A stretch of 31,547 bases of DNA. It comes from Thermoplasmata archaeon (GTDB lineage Archaea > Thermoplasmatota > Thermoplasmata > Lutacidiplasmatales > UBA184). Below are positions 17,250 to 25,708 of the stretch, piece by piece. Each line of letters starts with the position of its first letter. Position 1 is the stretch's first letter. The position numbers and the translations under genes were made by a program. Under the pieces are notes generated by a model. The model worked only from the letters and a program-made list of their open reading frames with translations. It had not been told where the DNA came from and searched no databases. Where the stretch lies: the NCBI GenBank assembly GCA_021792485.1, contig JAJYUO010000001.1, positions 4,276 to 35,822 of the forward strand, in the 5' to 3' direction.

Positions 17250-18766
17250 GGAGTACCGCCGACGCGAGGCGAGAAGGGACCCTCCTCTCTTCGGAGGGCC
17301 GCGGAGAGCGCACTCTCCGGATCCCGGGCGTACGCCGCCGCATCTCGCAGGAACGAGTCGGGCGCCACCGGGTCCTCCCCGTTCGATCCAGCCCATCGCT
17401 CGAGGAGCCATCGCCGACGTTCGACTTCCCGTTGGATCGCGTCGATCCCGACGCCCCGCTCGCGGGCGAGTTGCTCCAGCAGCCGGGACTGGCCGCTGGT
17501 CCTGAACCGGTCGCTCGCCGCGTCCCAACGATAGATCGTGCTCGCCACGACCTCCTCGGTCTCGGGGTCGAGCCCGTCGATCTCGACGACCGATCGAACG
17601 CGCCGGGCCGGCGTGTCGCCGACCCGCACCAGCGCTTGGACGAGGACGAGGGGCAGGGCCCCCAGAAGCGCGCGGGGGAGCGAGATGGGGGGGTTCTCCA
17701 TCCGCTGGACCATCGCCCGGAGATTTTCCGCGTGGAACGTAGCGCAGCAGGTCCGACCGGTCGACATCGCCTGAAAGACCGTGTAGGCCTCCCGTCCCCG
17801 AACCTCGCCGACTACGAGATACTGCGGGCGCTGACGGAGCGCGGCGCTGAGCAGGTCGTACATGTCGACAGCGCCCGCCGGCCGGCTCCCCGCCTCCTCG
17901 GCCCAGGGCGCGGCGTCGCGGGTCACGAGCGGCACCCAGTTCTCCTGGGGAAGGTAGAGCTCTCGCGTGTCTTCGATCGACACGATCTTGCGCTCGGCCG
18001 GAACGAAATGGAGGAGGGCGTTGAGCGTCGTCGTCTTTCCGCTCGCCGTACCCCCGATGACGACGAACGATCGGCCGGCTTCTATCGCGAGCCACAGGTA
18101 GGCCATCGTCTGCGCGTCGATCGTTCCCGAGCGGACAAGGTCGGTGGGCGAGAGCGCCCGCTCTCGGAACCGACGGATGGTGAACGTCGATCCGCGGGTC
18201 GTGACCTGCGCCCCGAGACTGGCTTGGAGCCGAGCGCCCCCGGGGAGCGTTCCTTCCACGAGCGGCTCGGCGATCGAGAGGTGGCGGCCCGCGCGCTGCG
18301 CGAGATTCCCGACGAAGAGGTCCAGTTCGTGCGGATCCGAAAAGCAGACGTTGGTGACCAGCGAGCCCCAGCGGCGGTGCTGAACGAACAGCGGGATCCC
18401 CACGCCGTCGCACGAGATATCCTCGACATCGGGATCGCGCATCGGCACGTCGATCCGCCCGAACCCGACCAAGTCCCGGATGAGGTAGTAGGTGAGGCGA
18501 TCCTGAAGATCCGGATCCTTGAGTTGAAGGTCCGCGCGTGCGACGGTCGCGATCCGCTCGCGCAGGCAGGCTTCCGCGTCCGCCCCGTTCTTCGGTCGGA
18601 GGAGATCCCTCGCGAACAGCCGCCGCCGTATCTCACCGAGCCATCGCCGTTCCTCCGCCGATAGCGCGGGTTCGACGATGCGGTAGGAGGGGTCGCCCGA
18701 ACCTTCCCCCGGGCCAACCTCCGCGGCCGCTCGGACGCCGGGCCCGGGCGCGAGCCGCGCGGACAC
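17246..18766 (-). CDS. type II/IV secretion (archaeal pilus) ATPase, copy 2
   Basis: DVEDISCDG, Walker A GGTASGKTT, SIEDTREL, LRQRPQYLVVGEVRG, and His-box variant TGRTCCATFHA. Confidence 0.92.
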   Translation of the reverse strand: MSARLAPGPGVRAAAEVGPGEGSGDPSYRIVEPALSAEERRWLGEIRRRLFARDLLRPKNGADAEACLRERIATVARADLQLKDPDLQDRLTYYLIRDLVGFGRIDVPMRDPDVEDISCDGVGIPLFVQHRRWGSLVTNVCFSDPHELDLFVGNLAQRAGRHLSIAEPLVEGTLPGGARLQASLGAQVTTRGSTFTIRRFRERALSPTDLVRSGTIDAQTMAYLWLAIEAGRSFVVIGGTASGKTTTLNALLHFVPAERKIVSIEDTRELYLPQENWVPLVTRDAAPWAEEAGSRPAGAVDMYDLLSAALRQRPQYLVVGEVRGREAYTVFQAMSTGRTCCATFHAENLRAMVQRMENPPISLPRALLGALPLVLVQALVRVGDTPARRVRSVVEIDGLDPETEEVVASTIYRWDAASDRFRTSGQSRLLEQLARERGVGIDAIQREVERRRWLLERWAGSNGEDPVAPDSFLRDAAAYARDPESALSAALRREEGPFSPRVGGTP

Positions 18767-18769
18767 GGG

Positions 18770-19729
18770 TTACCCGCCTCCGGCGATCGGAGCCACCGCG
18801 AAGCGCAAGACCACCCACCCGACGATCAGGAGTCCGGCGGAGAGCGTCAACCCTTCCGCGAATCGACCGCGGTAGAGAAACCCGGCGACAATCCCGTCGC
18901 CGACGCCGTGGGCGATCACCGCGACGAACAACGCGAGGAACAAGCTCGCGACGACCGAGGCCCCCACGAGGTAGCTCACCGAGCCGAATCCGGAGGAGGC
19001 GCCGGCGGTCAGGAGTTCGGGGAGATAGACCGCGGCGAGGACATAGACGGTCAGGAGGAAGACGGCATAGGCGAGCGTCACCACGGCGACGTAGGTGCGC
19101 ATCATGTCGCGTCGGCGCGTTCGCATGAGCTGCGTCGCGCGGAGGTCGTGGGCCACCCGGCGCAGGACCTCGGGGTAGCGGCCGCCGGTCGCCTGGGCCC
19201 GGCCCACAACGGCGAACGCTTCCGCCACGAGCGGTGTCGCGAGCCGGTCTCGTAGGCCGGCGAGGGCTTCTTCGGTAGGGACGCCCCAGTTGAGCTCGGT
19301 CGCCATGCGCCGGATCTCTGGGGTGAGAGGCCCGTACTGTCCGCGCGCGGCGGTGCGAATCGCATCGGCGAGCGTAAGCCCCTGGGAACCGGACTCTGCC
19401 ACATCGGCCAGGAAATCCGGAAGGCGCTGCTCGATTGCCTCCACAGCGCGGAGATGGCGGGCGCGGACAATCCCGTACGGTAGCAACAGGGCGACGAATC
19501 CGAGAACGACGAAGTCGAGCGCCGGGTTCCATCCGGCGCCTTCGCCCGGCCGGACCTCGATGGCGACCGCTCCCGCGGCATTGAGTCCGGCGACGACCCA
19601 CAGCGCGAGGGCGGCAACCATCGAGCCGGTGAGCGCCGCGCGATCGCGGCGCCGGGCCCGCTCGTGCGAATATCCCGCCCGAAACCCGTCGACGCGGCTC
19701 GACGTCGGGGCCGTCTTCGATGCGTTCAT
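18770..19729 (-). CDS. TadC/FlaJ-like (T2SSF) pilus membrane platform protein
   Basis: IEQRLPDFLADVAESGSQGLTLADAI...YGPLTPEIRRM...WG, followed by TM helices. ATG 19729 has GGAGG and an ATGA overlap. Confidence 0.88.
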   Translation of the reverse strand: MNASKTAPTSSRVDGFRAGYSHERARRRDRAALTGSMVAALALWVVAGLNAAGAVAIEVRPGEGAGWNPALDFVVLGFVALLLPYGIVRARHLRAVEAIEQRLPDFLADVAESGSQGLTLADAIRTAARGQYGPLTPEIRRMATELNWGVPTEEALAGLRDRLATPLVAEAFAVVGRAQATGGRYPEVLRRVAHDLRATQLMRTRRRDMMRTYVAVVTLAYAVFLLTVYVLAAVYLPELLTAGASSGFGSVSYLVGASVVASLFLALFVAVIAHGVGDGIVAGFLYRGRFAEGLTLSAGLLIVGWVVLRFAVAPIAGGG

Positions 19730-20637
19730 GCGTCCTCCCCCAGCCGCCGGAACAATACTCCGAAGGCGATCTCGGCGGCCGGGATGATCCCGAGCGCGGT
19801 GAGCCAAACGAGTGTGAGGAGGTGGTCCGCCGTTCCCTCGATGAGGGTGAAGACCGTCAGGATCACGAGCAAGAAGAGCGGGAAGGCGACCGCGACCGTC
19901 ACGTACGCCTCGGCGTAGGTGCCGAGCCGCTCGAGCTGGCTCTGGACGCGCACCGCGCCGTCGCGCTCGTACCGATCCGCCTGAGCGAGAAAGTACGAGC
20001 GCAGGTCGCCCCCGCTCTCGGCGGTGGTCACGAGCCCCTGGAGGAACTCCTCCCATCCGGGCGACGGACTGCGACGCACCGCGGCTCGAACCGCCGACAG
20101 GATGTCCTGTCCCAGGAGGTCCGTGTCCCGGACGATCCATGCCGCCTCGTTCGCGACCTCGCCGTAGATCGCCTGGCCAGCGAGGTCGCGGAAGATCTCA
20201 TCGAGAGGGACGTCGGCGCAACTCATGGCCGCCACGAAGCCGAGCGCTCTCGGGAGGTGGCGATCGATCCCTTGCCGTCGGGCCAGCGCTCGGGAGTTCG
20301 GTAGATCCGAGACGAACGCGTAGCCGAGCCCGCCGGCGACACCGGCGCAGCCGAGTGCGACCCCGACGATACCCAGCGGGCTCATCCACCGGAAGAGAAG
20401 GTCCGCGACCACGCCCGCAACGGCCGCCGCGGCCAGGGAGATCACGACGGTCAGGAGGAGCGCGTACGCCCGGAACTCTCCCGGCGTCCGGAGCCAGTGC
20501 GCCCGGGTCAGCGCATCGTACGCGGCACCGGCATCCTCCTCCTTCCGCCCGAATATCTTCCAGGCCCATCGATCGAAGACCGTGAGCCTCGACCCGCCCC
20601 CGGCCCGACCGAGTCGCTCGGCGGTCCCGCCCGTCAC
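19726..20637 (-). CDS. TadC/FlaJ-like (T2SSF) pilus membrane platform protein
   Basis: IDRHLPRALGFVAAMS...YGEVANEA..IVRDTDLLG.D...SPSPGWEEFLQGL. GTG 20637 has GGAGG and a GTGA overlap. Confidence 0.88.
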   Translation of the reverse strand: MTGGTAERLGRAGGGSRLTVFDRWAWKIFGRKEEDAGAAYDALTRAHWLRTPGEFRAYALLLTVVISLAAAAVAGVVADLLFRWMSPLGIVGVALGCAGVAGGLGYAFVSDLPNSRALARRQGIDRHLPRALGFVAAMSCADVPLDEIFRDLAGQAIYGEVANEAAWIVRDTDLLGQDILSAVRAAVRRSPSPGWEEFLQGLVTTAESGGDLRSYFLAQADRYERDGAVRVQSQLERLGTYAEAYVTVAVAFPLFLLVILTVFTLIEGTADHLLTLVWLTALGIIPAAEIAFGVLFRRLGEDA

Positions 20638-22196
20638 GGTGCCTCCGCGGGGCCGGTCGCCCACCGACGGTTCTCGCGGATCCACTGCCACACGTCATTC
20701 GGATCCATCGGCCGGCCCGCCTCCGCCAGGGCACGGACCGCCTCGGTGCGGCGACGGAACTCCGCGTCGACCGCCTCGATCGAGCGGCCGGTCGACGCCG
20801 CGATCCGTTCGAACAAATAGGAATGCCCGAGGTAGTGGAAGGTGTCGGTCGCCTCATCCCATGTGAAGACCGGCGTGCTCACGACCTCGCCCGTGTCGTC
20901 ATCCACTCCCCGTACCTCGAACAGCTCCCGCAGGCGACGCGCGGGTCCCGACGGGGTGCGGGTCACCGTCTCGATCAGCACCTCCCGGAGCGCGGAGAGC
21001 AACGCGCGCGGCACCTGGATGGGCGGGCTCTCCAACCGCTGGACCAGCGCTCGGAGCGAGTCCGCGTGCATGGTAGCGTACGTGGCGTGGCCGGTATTCA
21101 TCGCCTGGAACATCGTGTGGGCTTCGCGGCCTCGTACCTCGCCGACGACAATGTGGCTCGGCCGCTGGCGAAGCGCCGCGCTCAGGAGGTCGAAGAGGTC
21201 GATATCCCGGGCCCGCCCGGTTCCGACCTCGAGGGCCGAGGCGCCGGTGCGCGTCGTCGAAGGAACCCAGTTCGGGTGGGGGAGATTGATCTCACGCGTA
21301 TCCTCGATCGAGACGATCTTGGCCGACGGCGGAACGAAGAGGGCGATCGCGTTGAGCGTGCTCGTCTTCCCGGCGCCGGGCCCTCCCGCGACGATCATCG
21401 AATCGCCGTGCTCGGCTGCCAGCCACAGATACGCGACGGTCTCGGCACTCAGAGTCCCGCTCCGGACGAGGTCGATCGGGGTGAAGGGCCGGTCGCGGAA
21501 GCGCCGCAGCGTGAAGGTCGAACCGTGGCCGCTGACCGTGCGGCCGTAGGTGAGCTGGACGCGGTGGCCCTCGGGGGTCGACGCGTCCAGGAGCGGTCGT
21601 GCCCCACTCACCGAACGAGCGCATCGTTGGGCGAGACGGACGACGTATCCGTTGAGGGCGCTCTCATCGGCGAAGACGACGTTCGTGCGCATCGACTCAA
21701 ACCGCGCGTGATAGACATAGACTGCCGAGCCGACCCCGTCACACGACACGTCCTCGATCTCCGGGTCCCGCAGGATCGCATCGATCGGCCCGTAACCGAT
21801 CGCGTCGCGTCGCCGGAAGTACAGGATGCGCTCTCGGGACGCCCGCGACAGGGTGGGATACCGCGCGGTCAGGAAGTCGTTCACCGCACGGTCGAGGTGG
21901 TTCGCCCGCTGCTCGGGACTCGCATGTCCCGCGAGAGGGGGAAGGATCCGGGGCAACGCGCAGTCGAGCGCGTCGCTCGCCTCCCGCTCTTCCCCGGTGA
22001 GCGTGGGTTCGTGGACTTCGTAGCGCAGGGACGCCGAGCTTGGATCGAAGGTGACCTCGACGCGGGCGAACGGAGGCGCGACCTCGCGGCGGTACGGGTA
22101 GGTCGACCGGTCCGGGCGATCCGGTGCGACCGCGACCGGCGGCACGAACGGGCGTACCCGGGCCGGCTCCCACGCGGGTTCCATCCGTCCCTTCAC
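20634..22196 (-). CDS. type II/IV secretion (archaeal pilus) ATPase, copy 1
   Basis: GYGPIDAILRDPEIEDVSCDG, Walker A GGPGAGKTS, LRQRPSHIVVGEVRG, and an intact His box TGHATYATMHA. Confidence 0.93.
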   Translation of the reverse strand: MKGRMEPAWEPARVRPFVPPVAVAPDRPDRSTYPYRREVAPPFARVEVTFDPSSASLRYEVHEPTLTGEEREASDALDCALPRILPPLAGHASPEQRANHLDRAVNDFLTARYPTLSRASRERILYFRRRDAIGYGPIDAILRDPEIEDVSCDGVGSAVYVYHARFESMRTNVVFADESALNGYVVRLAQRCARSVSGARPLLDASTPEGHRVQLTYGRTVSGHGSTFTLRRFRDRPFTPIDLVRSGTLSAETVAYLWLAAEHGDSMIVAGGPGAGKTSTLNAIALFVPPSAKIVSIEDTREINLPHPNWVPSTTRTGASALEVGTGRARDIDLFDLLSAALRQRPSHIVVGEVRGREAHTMFQAMNTGHATYATMHADSLRALVQRLESPPIQVPRALLSALREVLIETVTRTPSGPARRLRELFEVRGVDDDTGEVVSTPVFTWDEATDTFHYLGHSYLFERIAASTGRSIEAVDAEFRRRTEAVRALAEAGRPMDPNDVWQWIRENRRWATGPAEAP

Positions 22197-23125
22197 CCCG
22201 TGCCCGCCGCGAACGAGATCGCGACATCACCGACGGTGAGACTCATCGACGCGATGGCGTGGATCGACAGCGACACGACACCGAACGACGGTTGGGGTCC
22301 CGCGCAGCTGGTGGGGCCGCTGAGCGTGAACTCGGACGGGGTCAATCCTGCTCCCGAAGCGATCCCGGAGAGGTAGCTGCCCCACGCGCACGCGAACGCG
22401 TTGCCGATCACGAACGTGAACCCGTCCGGTAGGGCGGAAGAAGCGCTCGAGGCTTCGTGGAACGTCGCGGATCCGGTGAGCGTGTCCACGATCTCCTGAG
22501 TGCCGGGGCCGCTGACGCTCTCCGCGATTCCCGTCATCGAAACCAGAGTGAGGGCGACCGAAGGACCGCGGGCGCCGGGGAGGATCGCGAGCGCGGGGGG
22601 ATAGGCGACCGTCGTCGGCGCGGTTCCTTCCGAGGCGAGGACCGCCCCGTCCTCCATCGTAAGCGTTTGCGGGGTGGTGTAGCGGTTCGGGAGGCTCACC
22701 TCGACGGCTCCGAGCGAGACGTTCTCGAACTGCACCGTGCCGGTCGTCGCGTTCGTCCAGGTGACGTTGATGAAGCCGGTCGGGACGCCCGAGAGGAACT
22801 CGGCGAAGCCCACCGTGGGAACAGCGAGGACCGGCACCGACCCGGATCCGAGGGGAATCGGCGTGAAGGCCGTACGCGGAGCGCCGGTCGACGCCTGAAC
22901 GACGAGGGTGGCCTGGAGGTTGGTGAGCGCGCTCGTCGCTCCGCGGGAGAGCGCGATCTCATCCTGGGCCATCCATACGGGGACCGCCTCGGTCAGGACG
23001 AGACCGAACGCCACGAGGAAGATCAGAAGGGCGAGGAGGGCCCCGATGATCGATGCGACCCCCCGCCGGGACCGAGAGCTCCGACGCCGACGCCGCACCG
23101 TTCCGATAGTTCCGTGGCCCCGCAT
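22193..23125 (-). CDS. large pilin-like protein with class III signal peptide
   Basis: Arg-rich leader then RRG|VASIIGALLALLIFLVAFGLVL (class III signal pattern), followed by a Ser/Thr/Gly-rich beta-like domain. Start is ATG 23125 or GTG 23146. Confidence 0.8.
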   Translation of the reverse strand: MRGHGTIGTVRRRRRSSRSRRGVASIIGALLALLIFLVAFGLVLTEAVPVWMAQDEIALSRGATSALTNLQATLVVQASTGAPRTAFTPIPLGSGSVPVLAVPTVGFAEFLSGVPTGFINVTWTNATTGTVQFENVSLGAVEVSLPNRYTTPQTLTMEDGAVLASEGTAPTTVAYPPALAILPGARGPSVALTLVSMTGIAESVSGPGTQEIVDTLTGSATFHEASSASSALPDGFTFVIGNAFACAWGSYLSGIASGAGLTPSEFTLSGPTSCAGPQPSFGVVSLSIHAIASMSLTVGDVAISFAAGTG

Positions 23126-23180
23126 GGGGCGTGCCCGCTCGGTCACCTGACCCCGAGCACCGTTTCGACCTGAGGCCGGA

Positions 23181-23188
23181 TATAAATA
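23181..23188. promoter_or_regulatory. TATA element between the divergent pilus operon and ACT gene
   Basis: TATAAATA on plus reads TATTTATA on minus. It is the only strong AT-rich element in the 23126-23257 gap. Confidence 0.55.
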
Positions 23189-23257
23189 CGCGCGGCGCCA
23201 AAGGAAGCCCGTCGAGCGTAGCCCGTCATCATTTTCTGGGACCGGGGGAGTGGGTCG

Positions 23258-23752
23258 ATGCCGATGACCCTGCACGAGATCTCCCTCTCACTGCCGAACC
23301 GGCCCGGCATGCTCGCGGAGGTCGCGCGACTCCTCGCCAAGGAACGCATCAACCTAGCGGCGATCAGCGTCGATTCCACGCCGACCCGCGGCCGCATTCG
23401 GATGATCGTGAGCGATCCCGAGCGCGCCGAAGGACTCCTCGCGTTGCGCGGCTACACGGTCGAGAAGCGGGAGATGATCGCCGTCCGCCTTGAGGATCGG
23501 GCCGGAAGCTTCCTCAAGGTTCTCGAAGCGCTCGCGCGCGCGAAGGTGAACATCACGAGCGTCGCAATCCTCGTCACGAGGGACGGAGGGCGGGCCCTCG
23601 TCGCCCTTTCCTCGGACGATCCGACCCGGGCCCGTAAGGTACTCCAGCAGTCCGGGTTCGTCTCGCAGTCCGCCGAGCGCCTGATCTCCAACGCGGATCT
23701 CATCGCCGTCTCTCCCTCCATCCCCTCCGAGTCGGTGGGGTTCCTATTCTGA
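23258..23752 (+). CDS. tandem ACT domain protein
   Basis: Two ACT repeats: LPNRPGMLAEVARLLAKERINL and LEDRAGSFLKVLEALARAKVNI. Confidence 0.9.
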   Translation: MPMTLHEISLSLPNRPGMLAEVARLLAKERINLAAISVDSTPTRGRIRMIVSDPERAEGLLALRGYTVEKREMIAVRLEDRAGSFLKVLEALARAKVNITSVAILVTRDGGRALVALSSDDPTRARKVLQQSGFVSQSAERLISNADLIAVSPSIPSESVGFLF

Positions 23753-23771
23753 GGGAGCACGCCGTGCTCCC
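23753..23771. terminator. hairpin immediately after the ACT stop codon
   Basis: GGGAGCAC-gcc-GTGCTCCC. There is no U-tract, so terminator function is uncertain. Confidence 0.3.
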
Positions 23772-23814
23772 GCGTCCAAAGCCTAATCTCACCCCCCCTC
23801 TCCGGGGCATTCGC

Positions 23815-23886
23815 GCGGTTGTGGTCTAGTGGTTAGGACGGTAGCTTCCCAAGCTACCTACTCGGGTTCAAATCCCGACAACCGCA
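23815..23886 (+). tRNA. tRNA-Gly(CCC)
   Basis: Acceptor GCGGTTG/CAACCGC, anticodon stem GTAGC/GCTAC with loop TT-CCC-AA, and T-arm with TTCAAAT. No intron and no encoded CCA. Confidence 0.96.
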
Positions 23887-24264
23887 CTTGCCCGAATCGG
23901 CCCCTCGGCGTGCGTTTCGCTCGCGCCGGCGGAGGCGACGCACCCCCATCCCGGCAACGACGTGGGAGGTGGGCCGGAGTCCGAAGCATCCTTGGCGAGG
24001 ATCTCGTAGATTCAAGCGATACTCTTCGGCTTGAGGGGGTCCCGTATCGTGGACAGTTCCCTTCGGCCCATGATCGCGCGATCCCCGCTCCCCGCCTCCT
24101 GCGGCCGCGGACAGCCGGGCAGGCGCGTCTCCCAACCCCACCGCCCGATCCCGAGACCCGGCCCTCGTCCATCCCCTCGCCATTTGCGTGGCGTGGCCCG
24201 CCGACAAGAATACCGCTTCGGCGGTCCGACGACCGCCGAGGACGGATCCGGCGACGCGCGCGTC

Positions 24265-25278
24265 TCAGTGAAGCGGGAGCAACCCACGAAGCCGACCGTC
24301 GAGTTCCATCGCGTCGGCGGAGTGTGGAGGAAGGAGACGGGGACGATCGTTCCCACCGATCGATACGGTGTAGCGTTCGCGAATTACGTCCCCGTCCACG
24401 ATGGCGGCGAGGAGCCCTTCGCCATCAGCGGCGCGGAGAACGAGCAGGCCGTGAGGGCCTGCGACTCGGATGCGGCGCAGGGGATCCTCCGATCGCCGCG
24501 GGATGGGCGGCAGCTCCCGCCACTGGGGATCCGCGTGGCGGGCGAGCGTCTCCGTGCGGAACCGTATCTCCTCCCGGTCGGTGGGATCTCCGACACGAAC
24601 GCGGAAGAGCCGTTCGCGTTCGAGGGCGCTGACCAGGGCGTTGCGCATCGACTCCGGGCTCGGAACGTGGCCCCGTTCCGAGCGCCATGAGGTGATCCAC
24701 CGACCAATCTCGCGGCGGAGGAGGGAACGAAGGGCCGGATCGGGCAACCGAAGGACATCCGTCATCGAACGCACGTCGGCCCGACCGAGGAAGCCCCCGA
24801 CGATCACGCGGGCTCCCTCCCAGTCTCCTCCGGCATTGCCCGAGATCTTCCGTTCGCGAACCACCAAGTCGCTGGGGGGGCGAAACGAGGCGAAGAGGCC
24901 CAAGTCCCGGGCCGCCCGGACCGGTGCCCGCAGGAACTTCTGGAGATCCGCGCTGCCCCCTCGGTCGCCTTTCTCCTCCCGATAGACGAACTGGTAGAAC
25001 CACTGATTCTCATCGAGGTAGGTCGTGCCGCCTCCCGTCACGCGACGCAGCACCGGCATCGGCCGTCGCGCGAGGAACGCCGGGTCGAGCTCATCGAGAA
25101 ACGACTGATGGAACCCGAGCGAGACGTACGGTGCGGCCGGCCGCGCGACGAGCAGCGTGTTCGGGACCTCGCCGTCCGCGACGGAGGGCGCCACCGCCTC
25201 GACGAACGCCTGAGCGCGCTCGGGAGCGCAGGCTCCGAGGTCAATGAGGCGCCAGACCGGCAGCTTCTCTTCCGACAG
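24265..25278 (-). CDS. lipoate-protein ligase A family protein (probable CTG start at 25278)
   Basis: YVSLGFHQ, VLRRVTGGGTTYLD and RKISGNA (conserved Lys). The family-like N-terminus WRLIDLG...AQAFVEAVA lies upstream of the track start 25194, in frame. Confidence 0.88.
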   Translation of the reverse strand: MSEEKLPVWRLIDLGACAPERAQAFVEAVAPSVADGEVPNTLLVARPAAPYVSLGFHQSFLDELDPAFLARRPMPVLRRVTGGGTTYLDENQWFYQFVYREEKGDRGGSADLQKFLRAPVRAARDLGLFASFRPPSDLVVRERKISGNAGGDWEGARVIVGGFLGRADVRSMTDVLRLPDPALRSLLRREIGRWITSWRSERGHVPSPESMRNALVSALERERLFRVRVGDPTDREEIRFRTETLARHADPQWRELPPIPRRSEDPLRRIRVAGPHGLLVLRAADGEGLLAAIVDGDVIRERYTVSIGGNDRPRLLPPHSADAMELDGRLRGLLPLH

Positions 25279-25303
25279 ACCGCCTCCCGATTGGGCCTGC
25301 CGT

Positions 25304-25702
25304 TCAGCCGCGGCCGGTTCTTTCCCTACGGCCTCGGGCCTCGAGAGCGCCTGGGTCCTCCGGCCTCATCCGGTAGAGCCAGCCGTCGCCGTACGGATCC
25401 CGGTTGATGGGCGAAGGGTCGGTCTCGAGCGCGCCATTCGTATCGACTACCGTACCCGACGCCGGGAGCGACAGGTGCCCTACCCACTTGGCGGACTCGA
25501 GGCTCAGCGCGGGCTCCATCGCACCGTAGCGACGGCCCGCGACGGGGCCCCGATAGTAGGCGATCGGGCCCATACGATGCTGGGCCGCCTCGGTCAGGCC
25601 GATCACATACGACCCATCGATATCCCGCCGGAACCACAGATCCCGTCCGAGGGCACAAACGGGACCGGGGTCTCTGCCGACGGCGTCTTCGGCCGACCGC
25701 AT
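25304..25702 (-). CDS. GcvH-like lipoyl-carrier protein, LbpA-like
   Basis: IGLTEAAQ, lipoylation motif ESAKWVG, P.SGTVVDTN and INRDPYGDGW. Confidence 0.88.
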   Translation of the reverse strand: MRSAEDAVGRDPGPVCALGRDLWFRRDIDGSYVIGLTEAAQHRMGPIAYYRGPVAGRRYGAMEPALSLESAKWVGHLSLPASGTVVDTNGALETDPSPINRDPYGDGWLYRMRPEDPGALEARGRRERTGRG

Positions 25703-25708
25703 CCGAGT

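Noticed and set aside
17246-23125. Archaellum operon
   Set aside because: No archaellin, ArlH (KaiC-like), ArlF/G or single fused ArlJ. The layout is pilus-like.
23815-23886. Integrated element at tRNA-Gly or tRNA-Met
   Set aside because: I saw no integrase, no duplicated tRNA 3' end and no obvious compositional shift.
23871-24071. Possible TGA read-through (selenocysteine) ORF MGRRELSTIRDPLKPKSIA*IYEILAKD... on the minus strand
   Set aside because: No recognisable family, no redox motif around the TGA, no SECIS evidence, and its end runs into the tRNA antisense.
25304-25702. Glycine cleavage system
   Set aside because: No gcvT, gcvP or lpd is nearby. The ESAKWVG motif and sulfur-relay context fit an LbpA-like carrier better.
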